Shown piece by piece: positions 6,938 to 14,502 of a stretch of 15,876 bases of DNA; position 1 is the first letter of the stretch, and each line of letters begins with the position of its first letter. The DNA lies in assembly GCA_020348385.1 (NCBI GenBank), contig CP070750.1:942645-958520 (forward strand), written 5' to 3'. The notes beneath the pieces are model-generated. The model saw only the letters and a program-made list of their open reading frames with translations. It ran no database searches and was not told the origin of the DNA. The stretch is from Candidatus Aminicenantes bacterium (GTDB lineage Bacteria; Acidobacteriota; Aminicenantia; Aminicenantales; Aminicenantaceae). Both the position numbers and the translations under genes were made by a program.

Positions 6938-9340
6938 TTATTGCCTTTCTTCATATATTCCATACTTTTTATAAAAAGCTCTCATGCGCTCCAGAAGTGC
7001 TTGGCGTTCCTCGTTGTCCATAAAAAACTCGAATCTTCCTGTGGAACGTTCCATTTCCAGCAGATCGAGCAAGAAATCATACACGGCATTGGCTGCCGCT
7101 TGATCGGCATTGAATGCGGCGGTTTGAGCATCCAATAAACTGAGAATGGAAACAGCTCCTTGTGAATAAGCGTTTTGTACGATCTCTAAAGATTTATTGG
7201 CGGCGTCTGCAGCATCGCGTGCCTGTTCGATACCGACATAAGAGGATCCAGTCAAATAAATAGCTGAAAGAATACGCTGCTCGATCCTTTCGGTGATGGC
7301 TTGCTTCTGAAAATTCAGATAGTCCAGCTCTTTTTGTGCTTTTGTCCTCACAACGAGTTTCTCTCCCCCTTTGAACAAGGGGAAAAATAAGCTTAATCCA
7401 ATATTCCAGGAAGTGTTATCCATTTCGGGGAACGGGAATGATTGGGATAAACCAAAACCGGAGCTGGTGCCCGCTCCTCCCTTTGCAAAAATGTGCGATA
7501 CTTCGCCTTGAAGTGCCAAGGTCGGCAACCAAGAACTGTAGGATGCAGAGCGCAGGATCCTCTCTTGTGTTTCGATCGCAGCGTTCAACATCTCCAATTC
7601 AGGAGAGGCATTCAATCCTTCCTCCACCATAAACTTGCGGAAGACGTCCATTGACCGGATATTACCTGTTAATCTCAAAACTTCTTCGCTTGTGTAAAGA
7701 GCAAGATTACCCATTCCCACTTCAAGTGTGATGAATGGCTCATCTAAAGGCCTATGCAGGAGACGGTTGAGTTCGATTTCTGCCAGCATCCGCTGAGTAC
7801 TTACCTCCATGGAAGCTTTTTGGTTTGTCGCTAAAGCACTTTCCCATCGGTAGACCTCGGCAGGGCCTGCCATTCCTGTGGTTTCTCTTACGCGGGCTAT
7901 TTCCAGGTTAGTGCGTATTCTTTTTAAATTATCGCGTTGGATCTTCTCAAAAGTTTTAGCCCGGAGCACATTCAAGTACGCCGACGATGCAGCCAGAGTT
8001 ATGTCCAGCCGCAATTGCTCAAAATCCCATTCCCTGGATTTTTGAAGCGACTTTTGTATGGATAAATTGGCCCAAACCGGCTCAGAATAAATAACCTGGG
8101 TAGCCGAAACTGAGCCGGATAATGTGCGCTGTGCCTGGGAACCAAAGCTGGCTTCAGCCCTATCTTTGTCGATAACGATACCTGTCCCCAACAGGTCTAT
8201 TTGAGGAAGCAATTGTGATCGGGCTTGTCTGACATCCTGTGCGCCAGCAGACACAAATCTTTCTCTAGCGGCTAATTCTAGATTCATTTCGATGGCTTCT
8301 TGGACTGCTGAATTCAAACTGAGTTTTCGCTCCAAGTCTGTTAATTCTTCATTCAGCAATTCAGCCTTGATCAATACTCTCCAGGCAGGATAAACACCGA
8401 TTGCCCTTGCTGTCGCCATATTTATTTTTAACTGCTCTCCGATAGATATATCCACCGGTATGGAGCCTGGTTCTTCTCCCAACAGGATTCGTTGGATGTT
8501 CAGGGCCACTCTGCGAGCCACCTGTTGGGAAACGTCGGCAATCACAGAGGCCATGATCCCACGGTCCACATCATTGACATCGAACGACGCAAAACTTGGC
8601 AGTTTGCGTTTTATCAGTTCATCGATAAGTCGGGCAGAATCTGTCCTGGGTATTTGGAAGAGAGGCCCCAGAATCACAACTTCGATCTCAGGAGATAGTT
8701 GGGCTAGGGCAAAGTCGATGGATTTGCCCACGCCGATAACCTGCAGATCGATCCCAATTTTTTTCACCAAATTTGTGCCTCGGGTTCTGATCTCGGGGAT
8801 CGCCTTCAAATAGCTGGTATCGAATAGGTATGCTGCTTTCCTGAATTCAATGACCTCTAAAAAGGCCTGAACTTCTCTTATGGTCCTTTCCGGCATATTG
8901 ACATAATTGAGATTTTTCACACCGCTTGTTCCATCTTTATACGGAAATCCCATTAATCCCGCATCGAGAATCCAGGGAGCGATAACGGGTTTGGGCAGAC
9001 TTCCTCGGGTTGCTACATCATGGGAGGCTATGACTCCCATGGCAATGATTAAATCCACCTCTGGATCGGCAAGGAGTCTATTCATTCCGGCCTCAACTCC
9101 TTTGGCTGTCCAATCCGCCACAATGCGTTTATCTTCCGGGAACTGCACATCAAAATCTGCACGAGTGAGTTCAAGAATTTCATTCAACCAAAAAGACAGG
9201 TATTGCTCATTCAATTCATAGTACCCATCCAGCACCATTCCGATGCGCTTTACAGGAAGCTTTTCGGGCGTTTGAGGAAATCCCAGGCAGGTTATTATCA
9301 ATAAGGTAGTAAATAAACTAATATAACGTCGATAATTCAT
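6938..9340 (-). CDS. fusion protein: signal peptide + COG2984/PF04392-type periplasmic solute-binding domain + TolC-like outer membrane efflux protein (two OEP repeats)
   Basis: 800 aa in one uninterrupted frame. N-terminus MNYRRYISLFTTLLIITCLGF is a signal peptide. Residues ~30-330 match the ABC_sub_bind pattern (PKPVIAPWILDAGLMGFPY..GTSGVKNLNYV, LPSFASFDVNDVDRGIMASVIAD, GSIPVDISIGEQLKINMATARAIGVYPAWRVL). Residues ~335-800 carry two OEP repeats (LSLNSAVQEAIEMNLELAARE..; ..LPTLALQGEVS..; LSILSLLDAQTAAFNADQAAANAVYDF). There is no second signal peptide at the junction, so this is a true fusion rather than two genes. GGAGGA RBS 6 nt before the ATG. Confidence 0.8.
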   Translation of the reverse strand: MNYRRYISLFTTLLIITCLGFPQTPEKLPVKRIGMVLDGYYELNEQYLSFWLNEILELTRADFDVQFPEDKRIVADWTAKGVEAGMNRLLADPEVDLIIAMGVIASHDVATRGSLPKPVIAPWILDAGLMGFPYKDGTSGVKNLNYVNMPERTIREVQAFLEVIEFRKAAYLFDTSYLKAIPEIRTRGTNLVKKIGIDLQVIGVGKSIDFALAQLSPEIEVVILGPLFQIPRTDSARLIDELIKRKLPSFASFDVNDVDRGIMASVIADVSQQVARRVALNIQRILLGEEPGSIPVDISIGEQLKINMATARAIGVYPAWRVLIKAELLNEELTDLERKLSLNSAVQEAIEMNLELAARERFVSAGAQDVRQARSQLLPQIDLLGTGIVIDKDRAEASFGSQAQRTLSGSVSATQVIYSEPVWANLSIQKSLQKSREWDFEQLRLDITLAASSAYLNVLRAKTFEKIQRDNLKRIRTNLEIARVRETTGMAGPAEVYRWESALATNQKASMEVSTQRMLAEIELNRLLHRPLDEPFITLEVGMGNLALYTSEEVLRLTGNIRSMDVFRKFMVEEGLNASPELEMLNAAIETQERILRSASYSSWLPTLALQGEVSHIFAKGGAGTSSGFGLSQSFPFPEMDNTSWNIGLSLFFPLFKGGEKLVVRTKAQKELDYLNFQKQAITERIEQRILSAIYLTGSSYVGIEQARDAADAANKSLEIVQNAYSQGAVSILSLLDAQTAAFNADQAAANAVYDFLLDLLEMERSTGRFEFFMDNEERQALLERMRAFYKKYGIYEERQ

Positions 9341-9371
9341 TCTCTATCCTCCGAAATGTTTAGAGTATATC

Positions 9372-10133
9372 TCATTTCTTCAATGACTGTATTTCCCTTT
9401 TCAGATCCTCGATATCCTTCTCTATCTTTTTGGTGTCGGATCTCTTGATAAACTTTCCCACCAGGATCGCCACCAGGATGACCAGGTACAATTGACCGAA
9501 TATCACGAGGTAGGCCGAGATCGACCTGGCGATATCTGTAGCAGGTGTGATGTCCCCGTATCCCAGCGATGTCATCGTTATGATGCTGAAGTAATAGAAC
9601 GTGGTGGCGTAGTTGCCCATGCCTTCGGTCAGGGTAAAGGAGCCGGGATAGAATAATTCTAGGCTGCTGCAGATGGCAGCACCCACCACACCGATCAGGA
9701 GGAATCCCGCGATAGCTCCGAAAATGATATTGACGTTGATCTCCTTGCTGACAGCCACATTGTATATGATGACTCCGGTTGTATAGATGATGAACAACAG
9801 GTAGATGAAGCTTAAGGGCCAGATGTTGAATAAAAGGGAAGTCCAAACAGAGATCATCGAAATCCCTCCCCAGAGGAGACCGTTCCGAAGAGACCTCTTG
9901 TCTTTGCTAACGGCCAGGACACAGAATATCAGCAATAAGATCAGCATACCGCTGCCGAGGAAATTAGCTCCGGATAATCCCAACGATGTGTAAGTATGGT
10001 AGATGATATCCTGAACTATTATGAATAACACGATAAAGACGAACCGGTATTTGACTATCCATATCCATAATTTTTTGCCATCTGCCGCACCCTTATCCTT
10101 TTTTTCTTCGATGATGATTCCTTGCTTAGTCAT
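9372..10133 (-). CDS. potassium channel family protein (compact six-TM, no charged S4, C-terminal coiled coil)
   Basis: 253 aa. Pore helix plus selectivity filter YFSIITMTSLGYGDITP (TxGYGD), five predicted helices before it and one after, and a KIEKDIEDLKREIQSLKK tail. AAGGAG RBS 7 nt before the ATG at 10133. The stop lies only 31 nt upstream of the outer-membrane factor gene start. Confidence 0.8.
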   Translation of the reverse strand: MTKQGIIIEEKKDKGAADGKKLWIWIVKYRFVFIVLFIIVQDIIYHTYTSLGLSGANFLGSGMLILLLIFCVLAVSKDKRSLRNGLLWGGISMISVWTSLLFNIWPLSFIYLLFIIYTTGVIIYNVAVSKEINVNIIFGAIAGFLLIGVVGAAICSSLELFYPGSFTLTEGMGNYATTFYYFSIITMTSLGYGDITPATDIARSISAYLVIFGQLYLVILVAILVGKFIKRSDTKKIEKDIEDLKREIQSLKK

Positions 10134-10170
10134 CCCCTATCTCCTTAATGATCCCCTAATATCCCTCATT

Positions 10171-10200
10171 TGATTATCATAATCAATAAAACAAGGTCAA
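10171..10200 (-). promoter_or_regulatory. putative promoter of the K+ channel / efflux operon with an overlapping 7-1-7 inverted repeat (Fur-family-like box)
   Basis: Minus strand reads TTGACC (10200-10195), a 16-nt spacer, then GATAAT (10178-10173). The perfect palindrome TGATTAT-C-ATAATCA (10171-10185) covers the -10. It differs by one position per half-site from the 7-1-7 Fur box TGATAATnATTATCA. Confidence 0.4.
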
Positions 10201-10274
10201 CAGCTACCCATAAAAGAGGCCCTTCAGCTTAAATCTGTGATTCTCGGATTGTCTTTGTCAGATAGGAATATCAA

Positions 10275-10303
10275 GTGATATTTATAGAAATAATCTTTAT
10301 AAT
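10275..10303 (+). promoter_or_regulatory. possible promoter for the MFS transporter gene
   Basis: gTGAtA (10275-10280), a 17-nt spacer, then TATAAT (10298-10303), about 43 nt upstream of the GTG start. The -35 is weak. Confidence 0.25.
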
Positions 10304-10345
10304 TATCGAGAGTGCAGGAAACTGAGACTGAATGAGAAAGAAAAA

Positions 10346-11602
10346 GTGGATGTGAAAAAACCTGTTCGGCTATTCAATCGCAACTTCTTTCTGCTCTGGC
10401 AAGGACAATTTGTCAGCCAGATCGGCTCCCAGGCCTATGCCATAGCCATGATGTTATGGGTAAAGCATGAAACAGGTTCGGCCTCTTTGATGGGTCTGCT
10501 GATGATGGTGTCAATGATTCCGTTTGTGGTTCTCGGCCCCTTTGCTGGAACGTTTGCTGATCATTTTTCACGGCGCAAAATAATCATATTCAGTGACGTG
10601 CTCAGTGGAGTGCCGGTACTCACCCTGGCATTTTTGATGTTTTATCGACCCAGTGCTTCTGAACTCCTGATCGTCTGTCTTTTTCTGGTGAGTGTGACTC
10701 TGGGCATTATCCGGTCGTTTTTCAATCCGGCCATTTCTGCCTCGATTCCCGATATCGTTCCTCGCGAAAAGGTGTCTGCGGCCAATTCACTGAATCAGTC
10801 TTCGGTTCAAATTTCACAATTCATTGGCCAGGGGATAGGCGGATATCTATTTGTCATCCTTGGAGCTCCCTTGCTTTTTTTGATCGACGGCGTTACCTAT
10901 TTGTTTTCAGCTTTCAGTGAATCGTTTATCAGAATCCCACAGAAAATTCCTGAAAAAAAGGGTGGCTGGCGAGATAAGTTCGGAAAATTCAAGTCAGACA
11001 CAATGGAAGGATTTCGGTTTGTTTGGGGACATGCCGGTATCAGGGCCCTCTTTTTTGCCGCCGCATTCATCAATTTTTTCGCGATTCCGATTGTCGTTCT
11101 GCTGCCATTCTATGTGGAAGATCACCTCCATGCAACTTCTGATTGGTATGGCTATATTCTTGCAGCGTACGGATTCGGTGCATTAATTGGCTATGGAATT
11201 GCTGGTGGCGTGAAAATATCCAGTCCTATCCGGTCCAAAGCCGTTATTTCTGCACTCGTTCTCATGTCTTTTTGCTTACCCATATTGAGCGTTATAGATG
11301 TACCAGTTCTTGCTCTAGTATTGATGATTCTAATCGGAGTTCTGAGTGGATTTTTCAATATAAACCTGTACACGCTGCTCCAAATCGCCGTCCCCAGTGA
11401 AATGAGAGGGAGGGTATTCGGCTTGCTCATCACTCTCACTGGCGGCTTAACACCCATTTCCATGGGCCTCAGCGGGATTATTGCGGATCTGGTAAACCAG
11501 AATATTCCCCTCATCTATGCAGTCTGCGGGATAACAACACTTTTGCTCACCATCATTACCTCATTCAGCAAGAATTTTAGGGCTTTCTTGCGTTCTGGAT
11601 AA
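10346..11602 (+). CDS. MFS transporter, MFS_3 / EntS-like (enterobactin-exporter-type) family
   Basis: 418 aa with twelve predicted TM helices. The N-terminus LFNRNFFLLWQGQFVSQIGSQAYAIAMMLWV resembles the conserved start of MFS_3 / EntS-type exporters, and DHFSRRKIIIFSD is an MFS motif-A-like loop. Start is GTG at 10346 with no better in-frame ATG. Confidence 0.85.
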   Translation: MDVKKPVRLFNRNFFLLWQGQFVSQIGSQAYAIAMMLWVKHETGSASLMGLLMMVSMIPFVVLGPFAGTFADHFSRRKIIIFSDVLSGVPVLTLAFLMFYRPSASELLIVCLFLVSVTLGIIRSFFNPAISASIPDIVPREKVSAANSLNQSSVQISQFIGQGIGGYLFVILGAPLLFLIDGVTYLFSAFSESFIRIPQKIPEKKGGWRDKFGKFKSDTMEGFRFVWGHAGIRALFFAAAFINFFAIPIVVLLPFYVEDHLHATSDWYGYILAAYGFGALIGYGIAGGVKISSPIRSKAVISALVLMSFCLPILSVIDVPVLALVLMILIGVLSGFFNINLYTLLQIAVPSEMRGRVFGLLITLTGGLTPISMGLSGIIADLVNQNIPLIYAVCGITTLLLTIITSFSKNFRAFLRSG

Positions 11603-11638
11603 GGTTTAAGACGGAGCCAAAAAAAATCATAAAAAAAC

Positions 11639-11685
11639 TTGACAAATGGACAAAAAAGCATTAGTATACACTTGGGTAGTTACTA
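11639..11685 (+). promoter_or_regulatory. putative trmB promoter with a GGGTAGTtACTA motif at or just after the TSS
   Basis: TTGACA (11639-11644), a 17-nt spacer, then TAGTAT (11662-11667). The motif GGGTAGT-T-ACTA (11674-11685) ends 2 nt before the ATG at 11688. The same motif recurs as a full palindrome at 12488-12502. Confidence 0.35.
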
Positions 11686-11687
11686 GA

Positions 11688-12470
11688 ATGGAAAAAAAGG
11701 AAATCGTTCAAGCAATCGAGAATCTTGGGCTCTCGACCTATGAAGCGAAAGCCTATTTTGCCCTCCTTTCAGAATCTCCTCTGACAGGTTATAAACTCAG
11801 CAAGAATTCCGGCGTTCCCCGTTCTCGTATATACGAAACGATCGAAAAACTCACGGCGAAAGGATTGGTTCTCTCTCAAGAGGGAGATACAACTTTGTTG
11901 ATCCCTGTCAGTCTCGAATCATTTTTGGAAAAAAAAGAAAAGGAAAGCAAACGGAACATCAATTTCCTCAAGGAAGTTCTCCCGCAGCTCAAAAAACCAG
12001 CGGAGAGTCAGGGCATCTGGACCATATCAGGACGGGATCAAATATTCGAATCCGTCAATCACTTTATTTCTCAGGCAAAAAGCCATGTTTATTTAGTTAG
12101 TTTCGACAGTGATATCATTTTCTTTGAAATTGCTCTGTCCGAGGCTGAAAAAAGGAAGGTATCCATTTTTGGCGCTTATTGCGGAGAAAAGGATTTTAAG
12201 CTAAAAAATCTGTATCCTCATCAGGGGCAGCCCTGTTCTTCCTGCAGGGATATTTCACTCACTATCGATTCAGAAGAAGCTCTTGTGGGTTGTACATTTC
12301 CTCCTGATGGAGCGAGGATCGCCCTGACCAAAAATCCCGGCATCATCCATGTGGCCGAAGAATACATCAAGCATGAGATTTTCTTGAGCCAGTTATTTAA
12401 AACGTATGATAAGGTTCCATCGGATGAATGGAATGCCATTTATCAGAAAATAATGGGTGATCTCCCATAA
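11688..12470 (+). CDS. TrmB-family transcriptional regulator (N-terminal wHTH plus C-terminal sensor-like domain)
   Basis: MEKKEIVQAIENLGLSTYEAKAYFALLSESPLTGYKLSKNSGVPRSRIYETIEKLTAKGLV is a canonical TrmB HTH. Start placed at the ATG at 11688 because the upstream ATG at 11646 sits inside the predicted promoter spacer and adds a non-conserved 14 aa. The alternative start at 11646 cannot be excluded. Confidence 0.75.
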   Translation: MEKKEIVQAIENLGLSTYEAKAYFALLSESPLTGYKLSKNSGVPRSRIYETIEKLTAKGLVLSQEGDTTLLIPVSLESFLEKKEKESKRNINFLKEVLPQLKKPAESQGIWTISGRDQIFESVNHFISQAKSHVYLVSFDSDIIFFEIALSEAEKRKVSIFGAYCGEKDFKLKNLYPHQGQPCSSCRDISLTIDSEEALVGCTFPPDGARIALTKNPGIIHVAEEYIKHEIFLSQLFKTYDKVPSDEWNAIYQKIMGDLP

Positions 12471-12487
12471 ATTTTTTTTTGAAAAAG

Positions 12488-12502
12488 GGGTAGTAACTAC
12501 CC
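12488..12502. promoter_or_regulatory. perfect 7-1-7 palindrome GGGTAGT-A-ACTACCC (candidate TrmB operator; alternatively a minus-strand hairpin plus T-run)
   Basis: rc(GGGTAGT)=ACTACCC. It sits between a TTGAAA (12479-12484) and the small-ORF RBS. On the minus strand it reads hairpin + CTTTTTC, but no minus-strand gene ends here. Confidence 0.4.
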
Positions 12503-12549
12503 TAATGAACACTAATGAGAGGAAAGACATTTTATCTTAGGAGGCGAAA

Positions 12550-12774
12550 ATGAGATTTCGAGAAAAATTACTCATTTTATTCGTTGCGGTTATCCTATCG
12601 TTTTTGGGGTTTTACCTGATTTCCTCATCTTTTGCTGAACTGCACACTCTGGCTAGGGAGAGGGACACCGATCAGAGCGAGAGTTATCTTGCCGAATGCG
12701 ATGTGAACAAGTCCTTGCTGAATTCTTACCTCAGCAAATCTAGTTTTTCTTGTGCTACCGGTGCAAGTGAATGA
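12550..12774 (+). CDS. small hypothetical secreted or membrane protein (74 aa)
   Basis: Strong AGGAGG RBS (12538-12543) 6 nt before the ATG. The N-terminus KLLILFVAVILSFLGFYLISSSFA is hydrophobic, followed by a hydrophilic tail with two Cys. Its stop overlaps the start region of the next gene (ATGA at 12771-12774). No recognisable family. Confidence 0.4.
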   Translation: MRFREKLLILFVAVILSFLGFYLISSSFAELHTLARERDTDQSESYLAECDVNKSLLNSYLSKSSFSCATGASE

Positions 12775-12794
12775 ATCCATCAAAGGAGAAAAAC

Positions 12795-13079
12795 ATGGAT
12801 GTAAAATGGAAAGAACTGGTTTTTTTAGGGGCCTCTGTTTCGGCCCATTGTTTTCCCTGCTTCGATTATCATCTCGAACAAGCAAGAAAGTTGGGAATTT
12901 GTGAGGCAGATATTCAAGAATCCATTCAAGCAGGATTTATGGTCATGAACGGGGCGGGCGACAAAATGAAGGAAAAAATTAAACAGACATTGCCACAAAT
13001 ATCACTCAAAGGGAATGAAAGCTGCTCGAGCAATCCGACGAAAAAGAAAACCCTTCATGTTCCTGTTGTCCGGTTTTAG
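12795..13079 (+). CDS. carboxymuconolactone decarboxylase / AhpD-like family protein (Cys-x2-Cys-x3-His motif)
   Basis: AAGGAG (12782-12787) 7 nt before the ATG at 12795. MDVKWKELVFLGASVSAHCFPCFDYHLEQARKLGICEADIQESIQAG matches the AhpD/CMD core (conserved C..C...H followed by a helix). The track's ATG at 12771 lacks an RBS. Confidence 0.7.
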   Translation: MDVKWKELVFLGASVSAHCFPCFDYHLEQARKLGICEADIQESIQAGFMVMNGAGDKMKEKIKQTLPQISLKGNESCSSNPTKKKTLHVPVVRF

Positions 13080-13133
13080 CGCACAGTTCTACACACATAA
13101 AATCAGATGAGCATTTCCAGGAGCATCAAATCC

Positions 13134-13535
13134 ATGAAAGGCGCGCAATTCCATCCGAAAAAAACACTCGTTCCCCAGCCCATTGTGAAGGGCGCACGCA
13201 TGTGGAGCGTGGCCTTGGAAAAAACGATGTTCACCTATTTCGAAATAGATCCGGAAAGCCGCTTTGACCTGCATTCCCATGTGAATGAACAGATAACCAT
13301 GGTGCTGGGAGGGGAATTATTTTTCAAGTTTAAAGATAGAATCGTATGCGTGAAAAAAGGAGAGGTGATAGCCATCCCTTCAAACACCCCTCACGAGGCC
13401 TTCACACAAAAAAGTTCTGTGATTGCGGTTGATGCTTGGTCTCCTGTTATGGAAAAATATAGACAAGGGAAAAAAGATAATAATGTATTGCAGAAAGAGC
13501 GCATACTCGCCGGTTGTATCGGGATGAAGCCTTGA
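13134..13535 (+). CDS. cupin domain protein
   Basis: Cupin motif 1 HSHVNEQITMVLGG and motif 2 PSNTPHEA. AGGAG lies about 10 nt before the ATG at 13134. The alternative upstream start at 13107 has no RBS. Confidence 0.65.
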   Translation: MKGAQFHPKKTLVPQPIVKGARMWSVALEKTMFTYFEIDPESRFDLHSHVNEQITMVLGGELFFKFKDRIVCVKKGEVIAIPSNTPHEAFTQKSSVIAVDAWSPVMEKYRQGKKDNNVLQKERILAGCIGMKP

Positions 13536-13575
13536 AAAATAAAAAGATAATTATTGAACATTCAGGGAAATGGAT

Positions 13576-14466
13576 ATGGATAAACTTAAATTTTATATTG
13601 TTGATGTTTTTGCAGAAACAAAATTGACGGGCAACCAGCTTGCTGTCTTTATTAATGCAAAATCTCTTGGTACGGACAAAATGCAACGCATAGCCAAAGA
13701 AATGAACTTTTCGGAAACCACATTTATTACTTCAAATGAAGATCGTGGAAACGGATACGATGTTCGTATCTTTACTCCAGAAAATGAACTCCCTTTTGCC
13801 GGACACCCTACATTGGGAACGGCATATGTTATCCAGAATGAAATCAAAAAAAGAATGGTAGACATAATTAATTTAAATCTGAAAGTGGGGCAAATACCCG
13901 TCTCGTTTCTATCTAAAAACAATCAGATAGATTTCGTTTGGATGAAGCTCAAAACGCCGATTTTTGAACATGAATATGGGCCAGAACCGTGGACGGAAAT
14001 GCTGGGATTGGAGAAGGACGATTTTGAAAAGGATTATCCTATCTGCGAAGTGTCTGCTGGTGTTTTTTGTTTTATTGTTCCTCTCAAGACCCTCAACGCA
14101 GTAAAAAGAGCACAAATAAACCTGAATAAATTTTATGAGTTCATCAAAAATTCAAATGCTAAGGCGACTCTTGTTTTTGCTAAAGAGACCTATAAAGAAG
14201 AAAATGATCTTAATGTCAGATTCTTCGCACATTATTATGGGGTGTCCGAAGATCCGGCCACCGGAAGTGCCAATGGATGTCTAGCAGCCTATCTTGTCAA
14301 GTACAATTACTTCGGCGAGAACCAAATTGATGTCCGAGTAGAACAGGGTTATGAGATAGGGAGACCGTCGCTGCTTCTTCTTAAAGCAGAACACAAAGGC
14401 GAGGATATCGACATCAATGTAGGAGGAAAGGTATTTATGGTTGCAAAGGGAGAATTTTTTATATGA
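13576..14466 (+). CDS. PhzF-family (phenazine biosynthesis-like / DAP-epimerase-fold) isomerase
   Basis: KFYIVDVFAETKLTGNQLAVF..SETTFI..DVRIFTPENELPFAGHPTLGTAYV is a canonical PhzF/YddE N-terminal half with the catalytic-region Glu. A C-terminal duplicate half (..SEDPATGSANGCLAAYL) is present. Start placed at the second ATG (13576) for better spacing from GGGAAA. Confidence 0.85.
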   Translation: MDKLKFYIVDVFAETKLTGNQLAVFINAKSLGTDKMQRIAKEMNFSETTFITSNEDRGNGYDVRIFTPENELPFAGHPTLGTAYVIQNEIKKRMVDIINLNLKVGQIPVSFLSKNNQIDFVWMKLKTPIFEHEYGPEPWTEMLGLEKDDFEKDYPICEVSAGVFCFIVPLKTLNAVKRAQINLNKFYEFIKNSNAKATLVFAKETYKEENDLNVRFFAHYYGVSEDPATGSANGCLAAYLVKYNYFGENQIDVRVEQGYEIGRPSLLLLKAEHKGEDIDINVGGKVFMVAKGEFFI

Positions 14467-14502
14467 ATTATCCTATTTGCCGCCATTTCAGGAGGCATTT
14501 AA

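Noticed and set aside
10134-10170. CCCTA-like short repeats (CCCTATCTCC..TCCCCTAATATCCCTCA) in the K+ channel leader
   Set aside because: Only 4-5 nt units that are irregularly spaced. They are probably just a pyrimidine-rich leader complementary to the RBS region, not a defined repeat element.
11646-11687. Upstream ATG at 11646 as the TrmB start
   Set aside because: It lies within the predicted TTGACA-N17-TAGTAT promoter spacer, has no RBS, and adds 14 residues not seen at TrmB N-termini. It is kept as an alternative.
12468-12481. T10 run immediately after the trmB stop codon as a terminator
   Set aside because: No hairpin precedes it on the plus strand. The adjacent palindrome follows the T-run, which is the wrong order for a plus-strand terminator.
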